A DNA stretch of 64,000 nucleotides. Origin: Octopus sinensis (taxonomy: Eukaryota). The translations under genes were made by a program, and so were the position numbers. This document shows, piece after piece, positions 26,968-40,740 of this stretch (its first letter is position 1; every line of letters begins with the position of its first letter). The stretch covers positions 148,800,001 through 148,864,000 of the forward strand of contig NC_042997.1 of the NCBI RefSeq assembly GCF_006345805.1. Direction: 5' to 3'. Under the pieces are notes generated by a model. The model saw nothing but the letters and a program-made list of their open reading frames with translations. It was not told where the DNA came from and made no database searches.

Positions 26968-27112
26968 TAAAATATAAAATTGAAAACTTTAAATTATTTA
27001 AATTGAAAATAAAAATTATGAAATTATATTTATAATTTGTTTAAAAATATATATAACTATGAAAAAGTATGAAAAAGTTTAATATACATAAATACAGATA
27101 TATACACTTTGT

Positions 27113-27385
27113 ATATATACATTATATATACATATTTATATATAGAACACACACACATACATTATATATACATATTTATATATAGAACACACACACACAT
27201 ACATTATATATACATATTTATATATAGAACACACACACACACACATACATTATATATACATATTTATATATAGAACACACACACACACATACATAATATA
27301 TACATATTTATATATAGAACACACACACACACATACATTATATATACATATATATATATAGAACACACACACACACACACACATA
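27113..27385. repeat. Minisatellite of ~40-bp units (ACATACATTATATATACATATTTATATATAGA(AC)n), about 6 copies
   Basis: Directly visible. Confidence 0.9.
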
Positions 27386-27639
27386 TAAATGAACGCAAGA
27401 ATATCTGATTCATAATATTTGTTCTCATGCTCGTGTGTTGATTGTTGGTGACAGACATATACTTAAAAGAACGTCGCCGAAGTGATAGGAAGGTAGGAAA
27501 CAGAGTCAGTGAAAAAGAAATGAAATAGCGATAGTGACAGATACTTTAAATAACCGTAGTGGAATTCTGAAAGTTATGAAGAGGAGTAAGAGAGGGAAAG
27601 GAGGAAATAGGGTGAGTGAGGAAGATGGCCCCTAGCAAC

Positions 27640-27811
27640 CACACCTTTTAAGATAGGGATTTCTAAGGTAGCCCACGCGCATCGTCAGCTCATTCTACAT
27701 GTCCCTGTAAATTTTGGAGCGAATCGGACGGGATGTAGTGGCATTGAAAGCGAACCAAGCGGTAAAAACGCATTTCAGTTTTATATATAGATTTCAGTTT
27801 TATATATAGAG

Positions 27812-27813
<2 letters not shown>
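27640..27813 (-). mobile_element. Helitron-type 5'-terminal fragment
   Basis: Ends TTTTATATATAGA (minus-strand TCTATATATAAAA, like 26044), with the terminal 19-mer duplicated. Confidence 0.45.
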
Positions 27814-27854
<41 letters not shown>

Positions 27855-28500
27855 TACATATATATGTGTGTGTGTGTGTATGTATATATATATATTGATA
27901 ATGCTCTAAGGATAACGATTTATATGAAATTAATTTGCAAGAAATTGTGAACTTGATGAGCTGCAATAGGAAATACTTGCCGAAAATGCCGTGCTGAGGG
28001 AGAGCACCCACCGCATAGTTGCGAAGCGAAGTACGTAAGCGCACACACATAACTGCGACAACATTTTTGTTATAATTTCTAAGTTTAGTATTTCGGTTCA
28101 TTTTGAAATGAAATAAACGACGCCAACAGACGTTCAAGCTTCAAACTAAGAAGAAAGCAAAAGCTATACAAAACAACTTTCGACGGGTTGAACGATCGAT
28201 AACTGACAAATTACTCCGGAAACAAATTTCCTTCGCTATTATTCGTTAGACGATATCTACCTTCATAAAACGTTCAAGTTCACAAAATTATTTTACTTTT
28301 AAAACTAATTAACAATTGTTGTAAAGTATATTTTCGTAGATGGAATGAAAAATATTCGGTTTTGTAGAATGTGTACGTAGGAAAAATTTCCGGAATGTTT
28401 AAAGTAACATTGTTTAAGAAATTAAAAATTTTTATAATTATTTTACGCCATTATGTACAGTAACGCATCATAAAGTTCCCCCTCCTCCTCCACTTCCTTT

Positions 28501-28525
28501 TCATATTCTTCTTCTACTTCTCTTT

Positions 28526-28557
<32 letters not shown>

Positions 28558-28807
28558 CTCCTCCTCCTCCTCCTCCTTCTCCTCTTCTTTCTTCTTCTTG
28601 TTCCTTGACATTTTCGGGAAGTCATTGCATAGATAGATCTGCGTGTGGTAAAATGTGTCACGATGCATCCACACATTTTGATTTGAAGAAAGAGAACAAT
28701 AGAAGAAGTATATCCTGCAGTCAACAGACATATTTGCCCAGTACACGGGCAAAATCAAAATCATCAAAATCATCAAATGCGACTTCGTAGCAGACTCCAT
28801 GCCTGAA
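28501..28807 (-). other. Candidate exon/ORF with signal-peptide-like start
   Basis: aatgtaatttcAG acceptor; MESATKSHLMILMILILPVYWANMSVDCRIYFFYC..; runs into a (GAG) microsatellite. Confidence 0.25.
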
Positions 28808-28943
28808 CTGAAATTACATTCACTCATCTATCGCAAATAGATGAAGCTTCTTAGTGTTTCTTTTGTTTTGTTTTGTTTTCAATCACTCTATTCTTTAAGT
28901 CCTTTCCTTCAAGCATTTATACATCGAAACCGACGGGAGCGGC

Positions 28944-29003
<60 letters not shown>

Positions 29004-29005
<2 letters not shown>

Positions 29006-29594
29006 TATGTTTGACTTTTGCTTTATGTGTGTACAAGTTGGTTCCAAGTCTCACCCAGAGACCTCAAGAGACAACAGGTTGGAAGTTCACGTTGCTGTTA
29101 TGCCTAGTGTGCCATATATTTGGGGGTTTTCTTTGGTGTTGTACTAGTGAATGTCTAATAAATAAAATTTAAAAAATAGTTTGTTTTAAACCTTGAGATT
29201 ACATAGAGAGTATTTTGCGTAGGATATGAGCAGTTCCCATGAGCACTATCTTTTGAATTTCTGCCATTTTGGGGTTTCCTGGTATCAGAGTTAGGTAGCA
29301 ATCAGCCCCTTTCGCTATCATTCCCAGGGCACCTATGACAACAGGTATTGTTTTAGTCATCAGGTTCTACAGTTTGCTGATTTCTACTTCAAGATCTTTA
29401 TATTTGCTCAGTTTTTGGTAGGTCTTGACAAATACGTTTATATCGATTGGGACAGTCATATCAATGAGAAGGCATGTTCTTTCAATATGATGTCTGGCCT
29501 GATTGCATCTATCTTCCTGTCAGTTTGAATGGTGAAGTTCCAGAAGAGTGAGATGTGGTCATTTTCAAGCACTGGAGGTGGATTGTTTTCCCAC

Positions 29595-29595
<1 letters not shown>
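29004..29595 (-). mobile_element. R4/Dong-like 3' end (REL domain + 3'UTR) between (TAA)n tracts
   Basis: FTIQTDRKIDAIRPDII..LIDMTVP..QKLSKYKDLEVEISK..IPVVIGALG..QKIVLMGTAHILRKILSM*. Confidence 0.9.
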
Positions 29596-29659
<64 letters not shown>

Positions 29660-29662
<3 letters not shown>

Positions 29663-30010
29663 GTTTTTGTCTATCGTGCCTTTTATCCAATTTGTCCTTA
29701 ATGTGCCATCTTGCGCAACAGCTAATAAACATTATATCTCTCTTTTCAGCTTTCATTTCTGCCACCATAGCCATCTCTCACTACTATTATCTGGGAATCT
29801 ACTATGCAGCACTGTCTTTTGCTAGTGAGATAATTTCTGTTCTTGTTCTGGTTATTGTTGTTTTGGTTGTGGTTGTTGTTGTTTTCGGATAGTCCTTTTC
29901 CTCAGGAATCATATATTTGCCGTTTTTTTCTTCACAAAAATGAACCGCTACTGAGCCTCTGTCATCCCGTGTCCATGGACTTGCTTTACCCACAAATTTG
30001 CCTGATGTAA
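29660..30010 (-). mobile_element. Very degenerate R4/Dong-like fragment
   Basis: Frameshifted KTVLHSRF..ERWLW..KAE..AQDGTLRTNWIKGTIDK, equivalent to the AAQDQ motif region. Confidence 0.6.
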
Positions 30011-30844
30011 ATTTAAATTATTACTATTTCTTCATCTCTCCAGTAACTGATAGTTAAGCACCTGCATTGGTATGTGCAGAATTCTCCGTGTATGCGAGTC
30101 TTCCCAATCCACACCACCAATGTGTTTCGAACGTGAAGTCAACCGACCTGCCCCGGTAAGGTTTCTAAGTAGGCATTGCTCTCAGAATAGAACAAACGGG
30201 GATAGCTAAGAGAATGCATCTCGACTGAATCTCACCTAATCTGCCACTTATGATTAATATATTTTTTTATACGTTCAGCCGCTCTGATTTAATTATTATC
30301 TACCTCATAGACAAAATACAATTATTTGTTCGAGATTAGATATGCTATAAATATGAGTTGTGCATTATTATTTACTACATAATTTTGATGATTAGATGAT
30401 AACTTTCTCGCTGCGTACATATTACCTTAGAATTTACTATTTAAGAATATTTAAATATCTGTTTAAAATATTAATCTAATATGTCTATCGTAGAAATATG
30501 AATTTAATGAGTGTATAATATGAATATTAATGTAATGTCTAAAATAATAGATATGTTAATCTAATGACTACATAATTTAAATATTAATCGACTAAATCTA
30601 TAACATTACTTCCCCAAATAGTTTTTTTTTGCTTTTGTGTATTCTGTCCAGTTCGTTCTATTTTATTCCATATCCTAATCTACGATTTCTCTAATGTTCT
30701 TACCTCCAATCTTTAACAAAAAAGTTTTCTTCAATAAATTCAATGCTCTTAAGGTGCCTTTGTACATGTTGCTTATACAAATTCTATACAATTCCTCTAC
30801 AGAACCGGGATTCTATCTCTAGAGGAAATGAGAGTTTTTTTTTA

Positions 30845-31412
30845 TTGGGTTGTCCGGAAAGTTCGCGCCGATATATAGTTGCTTAAATTTCGGCTTATTT
30901 TAGAACATGCTTGAATCCATAAGATAAGATTTGACTACACCTCTATTTAGAGCACTGTTTAAGCTATCTTTTCATGGAAGAAGGTTTATATTCCTTTAAC
31001 CTGTGTTAATTCTGTAACCTTTTAAAATGGAAGATAAGACGGTTCATTTTCGGCACTTGTTGCTTTGCGAACCAGACAAAAATTGCTGTAGCTCGGCTCC
31101 ATATTCACCCTCCATATTCACCAGATATTGCTCCGGATTTCCACTTATTCAGGTCTCAGCAGAATAATCTTAATGGTAAACATTTCAATTCCTTGGAGGT
31201 CGTAAAAAGATACCTTGATGAGTTCTTTACCATACAACCACCTCAATTCGACATGAAACCACCTCAAGAGGGTATTTTCAAGTTAAAGGAAAGTTGGAGA
31301 TGCATTGTGCAAGAAAATGGTTCATATTTGGTTGATTAAATATGTAATGGAATGTATTTATTGACCTTTTTCTTTCCTTTAAAAATCGGCACGAACTTTT
31401 CGGACAACCCAA
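30845..31412 (+). mobile_element. Internally deleted mariner transposon
   Basis: TIRs TTGGGTTGTCCGGAAAGTTCGCGCCGAT / ATCGGCACGAACTTTTCGGACAACCCAA; TA on both sides; transposase remnants MEDKTVHFRHLL, PPYSPDIAP/DFHLFRS..LNGKHF, GIFKLKESWRCIVQENGSYLVD*. Confidence 0.93.
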
Positions 31413-31735
31413 TAACATAATAATCTTCAGTCTCAAGCAGGAGTTCGTTCATCTACAAATAGGGTAGACTTCACCGCCAAGTGTATGCTTCCCTACCAAG
31501 TTAGTTTACATATATTATAGATATTAGTGTCTGTCCAAGAAGAATATTCGAAGTGCTGCTCACTTTGAAATCTCCACTTCATACGGAGATAGTATTAGGT
31601 TTTATTTGGAAATTCCTTTACCACTTTCATTTAAACCATTTTCACCTACACAATATATGTTTACTCAACTTGCCTTTAGCGTGGTGTCCATTCCATTTTT
31701 AGAAATTAACTAAGTTAATTTGAAACAGAACTTAC

Positions 31736-31798
31736 CACGACGTCTCTGGCATTCTTTCTATGGTAACAGGGTGATGCCTGCCTACCAACAATATTTTT
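31736..31798 (-). other. Candidate 63-nt internal exon
   Basis: ttgattagttacAG acceptor; GTG|GTAAGT donor; two open frames. Confidence 0.25.
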
Positions 31799-31931
31799 CT
31801 GTAACTAATCAAATAGGTGGTACTTGTTCGTAGACACTAGATAATTCAACGTTTCTCCTTCCCACCTTACGTTTCACAAATTGAGGTATCATGACTGGGG
31901 ATTCACTGTCTAATTCGTCTTTCGGGTAAGT

Positions 31932-31968
<37 letters not shown>

Positions 31969-33337
31969 CGTTGTTTCTGCTGCTGCTGCTACTGCTACTG
32001 ATCTTGCTGCCGTTGCTGCTGCTGTTGTTGTTGTTGTTCTTACTTTATTATAATCATCATTACCATCATCATTGCTGACGTTGTTGGGTGCAGTGGTCAG
32101 TAAGACATACATGTAGAAAAACAAGAGACTGGAAGAATACATCGTACAGTGGGGCACGTTGGAGTTGATTGAAAGGATAGAAAATTTTATGTTAAATTAT
32201 TCAGCTACAGTATGATGTAGTAGGAAGCTAATATTATTAGAAATGAAAGATAGGTAGAGCCCACATACAAGGTATTTTGGCTAAATTTTCCCTTACCAAA
32301 CACAGTCTGTAGATTCGCTAATGATGTAGTATCACAGTATATTTTGAAAGAACTTCATTCAAGAAAAGAGCTCATTAATGAGTAATAGCCATAACTTCAT
32401 AATCGGTAAATCTGACTTTATCAAATCAAAGCTTTAGGTGTGGTCATAAATGTGAGGGAGTATCGAAGTATGCTATTACTAATTGCTGTCTCGATTACCT
32501 TAGTTATATTAAATTTGTGCGTTATTAGCGCGAGATTTACTGCATCAGGTAGGTGGCCATTCTTGTAGGCGGAATACGTTGTAGTAATAAATTAGCAGTT
32601 TTAGATTTTAAAAAAAATATTAAAATTCTATATGGGTATTATCATTTTTGCTTTTCAAAGGCCAATAAAAATTATGGAGAAAGTTTTAAAGACATTCAAT
32701 GCGAAAGAAAAGAGTAATTAAAACATATTCAAAAGATTAAAAATTCATACAAATTCAAATATAATATACATTTTTAGTAAATTTTGGTCTTTCATTAACT
32801 TACTCTGAAATTTGTTGAATATTTGAAAATATTTGAACATTTGATTGTTTGAACATGTCTTACTAAACTTTCTCCACCTACATTCAATTTCATTTTACCT
32901 TCTTCGTTTTGACATTAAAAAAATTGTTGCACCAGTTATGTCATTTTAATAAATTTGTAATTTATTAAGATATAAAACTATAATTCGTTTTAAGACTCAG
33001 CTACACTTCAACTGCCAAACTTACTGCATACATAATATATTATACATAACAGTACCTGATGTTAAATATTATATATCAGCTGACGATTGCATTACAAAAC
33101 ATGTAACATCACCAGTGATTGGTGTTCCTGTTACTACAATCGGGGGAATTGATCACAATAGCAATAAGATATCAACGATTCATATATCAATGAATCACAC
33201 GGTACTTGGTTTTAAATTACATTCATTCACGATTATCATGTATTGTATGTATTGGTACATAAATCTACCAAGGATTGGATTTATATGAATAATTTTCCTT
33301 ACTGATATGAAATGTAAGACTTAAAAAAAATATGTCT

Positions 33338-33470
33338 ACTCTAGGCACAAGGCTGGGAAGGGGCCAGTCGATTGGATCGATGCCAGTATGCAACTGGTAC
33401 TTAATTTATCGACTCCGAAAGGATGAAAGGTAAAGTCAACCGCGGCTGAATTTGAACTCAGGCGAAATAC
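33338..33470 (-). mobile_element. SINE family B, 3' half
   Basis: ctaggcacaagg..actggtacttaatttatcgac..gaaaggatgaaagg..aatttgaactcag. Confidence 0.8.
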
Positions 33471-33933
33471 ACATGTAAAAACATATTAAACAATGCATAA
33501 CTCTTTACATACATATATCGATAGACGGTTACGTGAAACTCTGAGTAACAGTTTATTATTTATATTTTTCTCATAATCAAAAATTAATTTACTCAGCCTT
33601 TGGAAATCGAGAAACAGTTTCAGCCCTATGTGTTTATTTGTATATATTTATATACGGAATGTCAAATAGATGGATAGAAAAATACGGAGATAAGTAGTTA
33701 GAAAAATGGATATGTATATCCATACACGTTTATATTCTTTATAGTTGATACAATTGTACTTTTCAATAATAAATATTTTGTGCATAGATAACATATACAT
33801 AGTCAATTTTCAGATCATCATTATATTTATGAAATATTTCCCTTTAGTCAACTTTAAATTTTACATTTAGTTAGCAATGAAAAAAAAAGAAAGAATGTTA
33901 CCTACATATAAGTATGTTTATATATACACAAAT

Positions 33934-34012
<79 letters not shown>

Positions 34013-34383
34013 TGCATATACATACATACATATGCAGAAATATTTACACGGTCTGACGTTTAAAAAAATCATACATAAAAACACATATATTAGAGCTGTA
34101 TAGATCTCCTTGCAAAAAAGTAGGTAGAATATTTCATTGTTGCATTAGTAAATGGTAATCATGCATTACAGTATTTGTATTATATTCCAAATACCTGCGT
34201 CTGTCGGCTTCAATTTAATGTGATACCTAGCTGGAAATCATAGGTTGCGCAGAGCGCAGAATACTTTACATTATTGTTGCTACACATGTCGATATCTATA
34301 ACAATATCACTTATATATATATATATACGTAGACATATATGTATATATACATATATATATATATAATATATATATACACAAAC

Positions 34384-34428
<45 letters not shown>

Positions 34429-34696
34429 AACATATGTATATATATTGTATATAAATGTGTATATATGTGCGTCTATACCACCCACTGGCATTTAAGTGCA
34501 TGATATGTTTATATATATATATATGTATATGTATATGCTTGAATGCATATATAAATCTGACTACGTCTTTTTCATATATAATCAGAGAATTTTTCTCTTG
34601 AGTTAAATTGCTAACCATGCACTGTGTTATTGAAAGAAAAATATCCCTGTCAAGTCATATTACTAATTTACATTGTAAATATGTAACACTGCTTTG

Positions 34697-34803
34697 ATAG
34701 ATATTCAATAGTGTTACTAATACGCTTTGAAGAAGATAAACACGATACAATCATAAACAATTATATATATATATATATAATATATATTATATATATATAT
34801 TAT

Positions 34804-34867
<64 letters not shown>

Positions 34868-35039
34868 CCTGAATATGTATATATATATATACCTGAATAT
34901 GTATGCATACGTACTTTCATAAATACGAATGTATGTTTATTTATATATTTATATAGAAACATACATACATACATATATGTATATATATATATATATACGC
35001 ATATATATACGTATACGTATATAGGTAGCTATGTGTGAT

Positions 35040-35071
<32 letters not shown>

Positions 35072-35266
35072 CATACACAAATACATATATATACATATAT
35101 TTATATATGTATATATATATACGCATATATGTATACATGTATGTATATATATATATGCATATATATAATCACACATATTTGCCTACTTACATATACGTAT
35201 ATATATATGCATATGTATATATATGTATAAATAAACATATATTCATACTTATGCATGTATGTATGC

Positions 35267-35306
<40 letters not shown>

Positions 35307-35385
35307 TATATATATAAATAATTGTTTATGATTATATTGTGTTTATCTTTTTCAACGCATATTAGTAACACTATTGAATATCTAT
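34697..35385. repeat. 68-bp inverted repeat arms enclosing a ~550-bp TA-rich microsatellite
   Basis: 34697-34764 versus the reverse complement of 35318-35385: 63/68 identical by hand count. Confidence 0.92.
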
Positions 35386-36789
35386 ATATCATCTATATAT
35401 TACAGAGAGGGAGACGACGAGAGACTGAAAGGTGCCGGTGAGGGAAAGGAAACGTGTACTTATATAGACAAAAAATATTTAAATGTTTATACCAGAATGA
35501 AATATATGCATGTATATGTATGCAAAAGAAATATAACAGCCCATACCTGTCAATAACGATACTGTATATTGGAAAAGCATAATTTCAGATTCTTGGTTTT
35601 TGAATTAAATCAATTGGACAGTATACTGGTAAAAATATCAAATGCCTTTGATTTAACGAGTTTAACGATATTCAGATTTCGTGATGTTTGGTGCCTTATA
35701 TATTTTTTCTGTTGTACTTTCTTTTTATTTATCTAAGTAACAGCAGTTTATCTAGTGCTAACGTTTCACTCATAAATTGATTACCTATTGTACGACTGAC
35801 TAAATTTATTGCAATACATTTTCGGCGTTGAGTTGTGTACATATATGTTTATAAGAATGTTTATAATATTAGTCAGTCCTGTTTAAGTATTTGAATAATA
35901 AAATTCTATAATTATATTTGTGATCTTCATAATTTCCTTTACTTTTATTTATTTAGTGGTATATATTCAACATTGAGCTTTTGCACGCGCATACGAGTTG
36001 CTACAATTTTGTTAGTAAATGGAATGTTTCGAAAATTTGATTAACTTTAAAACTGTTTGTATTCACTCAACTAACACTACACACACGTACACACTGTCGA
36101 GGTTAGAATACCAAATACGTCTTCTTCTCTAAACACGAATATATATAATAAATATCTTTTAATGTCTTACACGTAATATGTTATGATTATATCCTATTTG
36201 CCCTTCCAATATTACTATGACTGAAATTCACAGAGTTAAGTTCAAATCATCATAAATTCTATCCAGCTATACGACAAACCTGAGGCAAATTTTTATGCTG
36301 TCATTAGGAAATAAAAATGTGCAAAATGTTGTCCAAACTATTTTTAAGGAAATATCTCCTTAACGAAATAAATTTCGTGCTTTGCATTCGTGAATAAATA
36401 CGACAAACTAGTACATCTAGGGGAAATCAGAGTAGAGAACAACTGAACCATCGACATGAAATGTTCATATATAGACGTAAGAATTTGTCATTACAAACTT
36501 CTGAAAAAGCTGTGTTCTTCAGACGTCCAAACAATACACGGAAGGATTTGGCAAATGTCTTTGTGCGAAATTGTTCGATTTAGGTACCCCATCCACCACT
36601 AATATAAACAGTGATATTCGAAACTGATCTTCAAATTCTTTCAAAGTTTATTACACAAAATGCGCAAAACAAGACTATTACATTAAAAACATTCATCAGA
36701 TATCGTCTGATACAGGATACCATAACTCTATATGTATATGTAGATACATACATACATATATATATTATTATTATTATTATTATTATTAT

Positions 36790-37041
36790 ATGCAGAAAAA
36801 TACAAACTGGGACAAGAACGTAAAACATTTAGAAGACGATACAAAAAACCCGGACGGGACATTCGAAGCCTGCAATCTTCAGTCAAGAACCAGATTATCC
36901 TCGCAATTTCGGTTGATTAATCTTGAGATCGCTCCGATCCGGCCAGCCCCAAGGAAAAACTAAGCTACGAGCATTAGATTTCTTGGAAAAAGGATCCAAT
37001 ATATACGAAACAAGGACAGAAAAACGGACGATGCCACACGA

Positions 37042-37050
<9 letters not shown>
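36790..37050 (-). mobile_element. Dispersed repeat related to 54.6-54.9 kb and 55.6-55.8 kb (possible Penelope-type terminus)
   Basis: Shared tagcttag..ggccg..ggagc..cgaaa.tgc.ag.a.ctggt.ct.gactga.ga. Confidence 0.6.
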
Positions 37051-37081
<31 letters not shown>

Positions 37082-37092
37082 CATACATATAT

Positions 37093-37152
<60 letters not shown>

Positions 37153-37153
37153 A

Positions 37154-37640
37154 CAGACATGGAGGAAGTAAACAGACACTTTTGATTTTCAAAAGTTCTG
37201 ATCTAAGCGTTTTAGTATATTTTTAGTGGTGTAGAATTTACAATGTAATTATTCCAGGTGTCATTATAATAAACATTTGTGAAGTGTAACCATGCCAAAT
37301 TCAGCAGCACTATCAGATTTTCAAAGAAGTCGTATTGCTGGGCTGGTCTTAGTTAGCGAAAAATTGCCGAAAATCTTCAAATTCTTCTTGCTACGGTTAA
37401 TAGAATTATAGTGCAATTCAAACACCAAGGAAATGAATCAACAGATTCTCGTTCCGGCCGACCCGGGCCCTCGGAAATGAGGCTTCCCTGTTTGAATAGA
37501 ATTGTAAAAAACGAACCCCGTTCGAAGGCTTCTGACATTGAAAAACAGCTAGACGTTTGTCAACGAACGTGCATTACATATCTGCATAAGCTTGGGTATT
37601 ATGGACGAGCAGCTAGAAGAAAACCTCTCCTTCAACCAAT
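37154..37640 (+). mobile_element. Tc1-like transposon, 5' part
   Basis: TA|CAG start; MPNSAALSDFQRSRI..RKIAENLQI..TVNRII..RSGRP..LHKLGYYGRAARRKPLL (paired HTH and GRP motif); DDE domain absent. Confidence 0.87.
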
Positions 37641-37731
37641 TCAGGGAGAGAGAGAAAGTGAGAGAAAAAGAGAAAGGGTGAACAGCAAAAGAAAGAATCG
37701 CATCAAATATATTAAGATAAAACTTGAATGT

Positions 37732-37783
37732 TTACTGGCTGATGTATGTCGATTTTATATCATCCCCGTTTTCTTATTTGCCG

Positions 37784-37832
<49 letters not shown>

Positions 37833-37871
37833 GAAAACGGGGATGATATAAAATCGACACACATCAGCCAG

Positions 37872-37874
<3 letters not shown>
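37732..37874. repeat. 46-bp inverted repeat arms around (TA)n
   Basis: 37732-37777 versus the reverse complement of 37829-37874: 45/46 identical. Confidence 0.95.
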
Positions 37875-37909
<35 letters not shown>

Positions 37910-37911
37910 TA

Positions 37912-37964
<53 letters not shown>

Positions 37965-38025
37965 TATATAATTATATATATGTATATATATATAATATAT
38001 ATATATATAATATCTATATATATAG

Positions 38026-38107
<82 letters not shown>

Positions 38108-38114
38108 TATATAC

Positions 38115-39860
38115 GCAGACACTTCCATGAAGAAACATCTACGGAACTGTCAGACCCGGCATTCACAGTGCACATCAAATCAACACCACGCAACAGGGGC
38201 AACCTTAGAATCTCTGGGGCCATCCTTATACACGAAAAGAAACCTAAGATCAACAACAGAAGAGAATTAAAGGAAGCTAACTTGTTGTCATGGCAATACC
38301 TTTCCGCGCACGTCTACTCCACACACACTCACACATACGCACATGCGCACCATTCGTTAATCTCTTAAAAATGGGGTCCAGAAATCATTCGTCACACATT
38401 TGTGACCTTCTCAGCAACATTTTCCATCTCAACGTCGAGTTCAATATTCTTACAGCAGACTTGGTGAGAGTGATGAGGAATATATCTTGCATTTGCGACC
38501 CTATGGCATTGGAAAGACACACCCAGCATTTCATCAACCGCATGTAGTACTCTGACTACACACAAAGAGCCAGGATTATAGTATACAAAGAACAAAGCCA
38601 ACATAGACATTGATGCAAAGGGTATCTGGCCGTTATACAGGAGTAAATCCTGGAACAGCACAGGAAGGAGGAGAAAAACATAGATATGGCTAACTCATGG
38701 TATGAAAACAAAAAATACCAGTGTATCACGTTTGTAGATGCTACCGACGGCAACGGACTAGCATACCATTTTAGAAAAAAAAACATTAGATAAGGTCAAT
38801 CTATGGACTAAGGTAGTAGAAAATACTGGTGCCCCTATGAAATCCCTAATCTGTGGAACTTATCCCTTTGATAAGTCCCAATATACGGAGGACAATTGTG
38901 CTGTAAGTATGATGAATCCACAAGTTAAATGTCAGTTTATGAATACACTGTATAGCTTACGCTGTACTGAGCGACGGTACAGAAACATAACAACTACTTA
39001 CATTTCAGAGAAAGCAAGCAGGATAGGAGAGCGTATAAATGATTACGGCTGAGAGCTCAAAGAACAGAACGGCTCGACAGTGCTATGCCAACAACCTCGA
39101 GCAGAACATAGAGGCCCAGTCAATAGTATAGAGGTCAAAGTATTATCAATGCATACAACTGACACGATCCTTAGATCAGAGAGGCTACACACACAGTAAT
39201 AGACAGACCCTCAACGGAAAACACGAATGGAACAATGACACCACCATGACACCACACAGCATGACGACTAGAAACAGTAGGGATAAAAGAAAACCCAGAT
39301 ACATATAGTATATAATACACATACAATAGACATATACCCACATCCCTATGATAAATATAAAAAAATTAGTGACAAAATTTAACTGTGTAAAGGACACGGA
39401 TAAACAATATAGGAAGCAAGCACATATACACTCACGAACATATATACGGTAACTTTTCAGTCGACCGCAACAATATCAACAACACGACTAACAACAAAAA
39501 TCATGATGGGAAACACACAAGTACAGTGAGTTGCAAGAATGGTACAAAATTTCGGGTTGAAGGCAGCAGTAGGGGTACGAGACGGGGTACGGGACGGGGA
39601 TTGGAGGAAGGGTCATAGTGCTCCTCAAACACACGTACACATACAAACGCAGACGCATGAGCATATAAGGATACACATCATTGAAGAACAGAAAGGAATA
39701 AGCAGAGCAAGAGCACACACGAAGACGGAGAGTCTCGCTGAGATCACAGCTGTGTGACGAAAGATTTCCGAGCAATGACTATGAGATACAATAGAGGCAA
39801 ATGAAAAACGAATACATTGTGCATCTGTTTATTTGGCAAAAACATGACGATCCCAAATAT
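38115..39860 (+). mobile_element. Two tandem Penelope-like relics (GIY-YIG) with a downstream hammerhead-like motif
   Basis: [31 protein letters not shown] (38120-38275); C..MNTLYSLRC..YISEKASRIGERINDY (38900-39050); motif at 39734-39772. Confidence 0.72.
39734..39772 (+). ncRNA. Degenerate minimal type-I hammerhead ribozyme
   Basis: Stem I CTCG/CGAG; core CTGA-GA (1 nt short); stem II TCACA/TGTGA; CGAAA; near-palindromic stem III AGATTT; predicted cleavage after C39768. Confidence 0.5.
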
Positions 39861-39878
39861 AACAATGTATATATATAT

Positions 39879-39921
<43 letters not shown>

Positions 39922-40517
39922 TATATATATATATATAATACATACATACATACATACATACATACATACATACACACATACATACATACATACATACATA
40001 CATACATACATACATACTTACATATTTAATAAAATATAATAAATATCAAGTTTAAAATGAATAAGTAATTGAAATAGGTACTACAGTATGCGATTTCATC
40101 TACTGGATACGAATATGGCATTCTGAAGAGGTGAGATGTCTCTCTGTTAGAATTTTATAGAGTGAAGTGAATCACCATCGCTTAACGATGAGAAATCATT
40201 TGTGATATCTGTAGCATTGTGTACTCCTGAATTAACATTTGGGAATTTCAGTAATAGAAATAGAAGTCGACTCGTAGGCCCTTAACACTATTTCAAAGCC
40301 GGCCAGACACAATTTTCAACAAGAATGCTTCGTTGAAAATGATAGATAAAATCACCCCTACGATAATGCTTATTATTACTGTCTACCAAATGTCATGTAC
40401 AAACGCCCTGGCTCAACCTGAGAATATTCACGAGATAAGCTTCGCCAACACCTGGTTGATAGTGTCATCTATATTTGTGGAAGCCAAATTCCTGACCATT
40501 CGATCATACAATGCGTA

Positions 40518-40518
40518 T

Positions 40519-40596
<78 letters not shown>

Positions 40597-40740
40597 AATC
40601 TATTTATCTATCTATCTATCTATTGACTCAACTATCTATTCCTCTTCCTACCTACCGACTTCCTACCTACCTACCTACCTACCTACCTATCTATCTATCT
40701 ATCGATTGATCTATCCATCTATCTACATATCAGTCTATCT
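40518..40740. repeat. (TCTA)n/(CCTA)n microsatellite
   Basis: Directly visible. Confidence 0.95.

Noticed and set aside
27113-27385. Regular repeat array resembling CRISPR
   Set aside because: The variable parts are only (AC)n length changes; no unique spacers or cas genes; eukaryotic context
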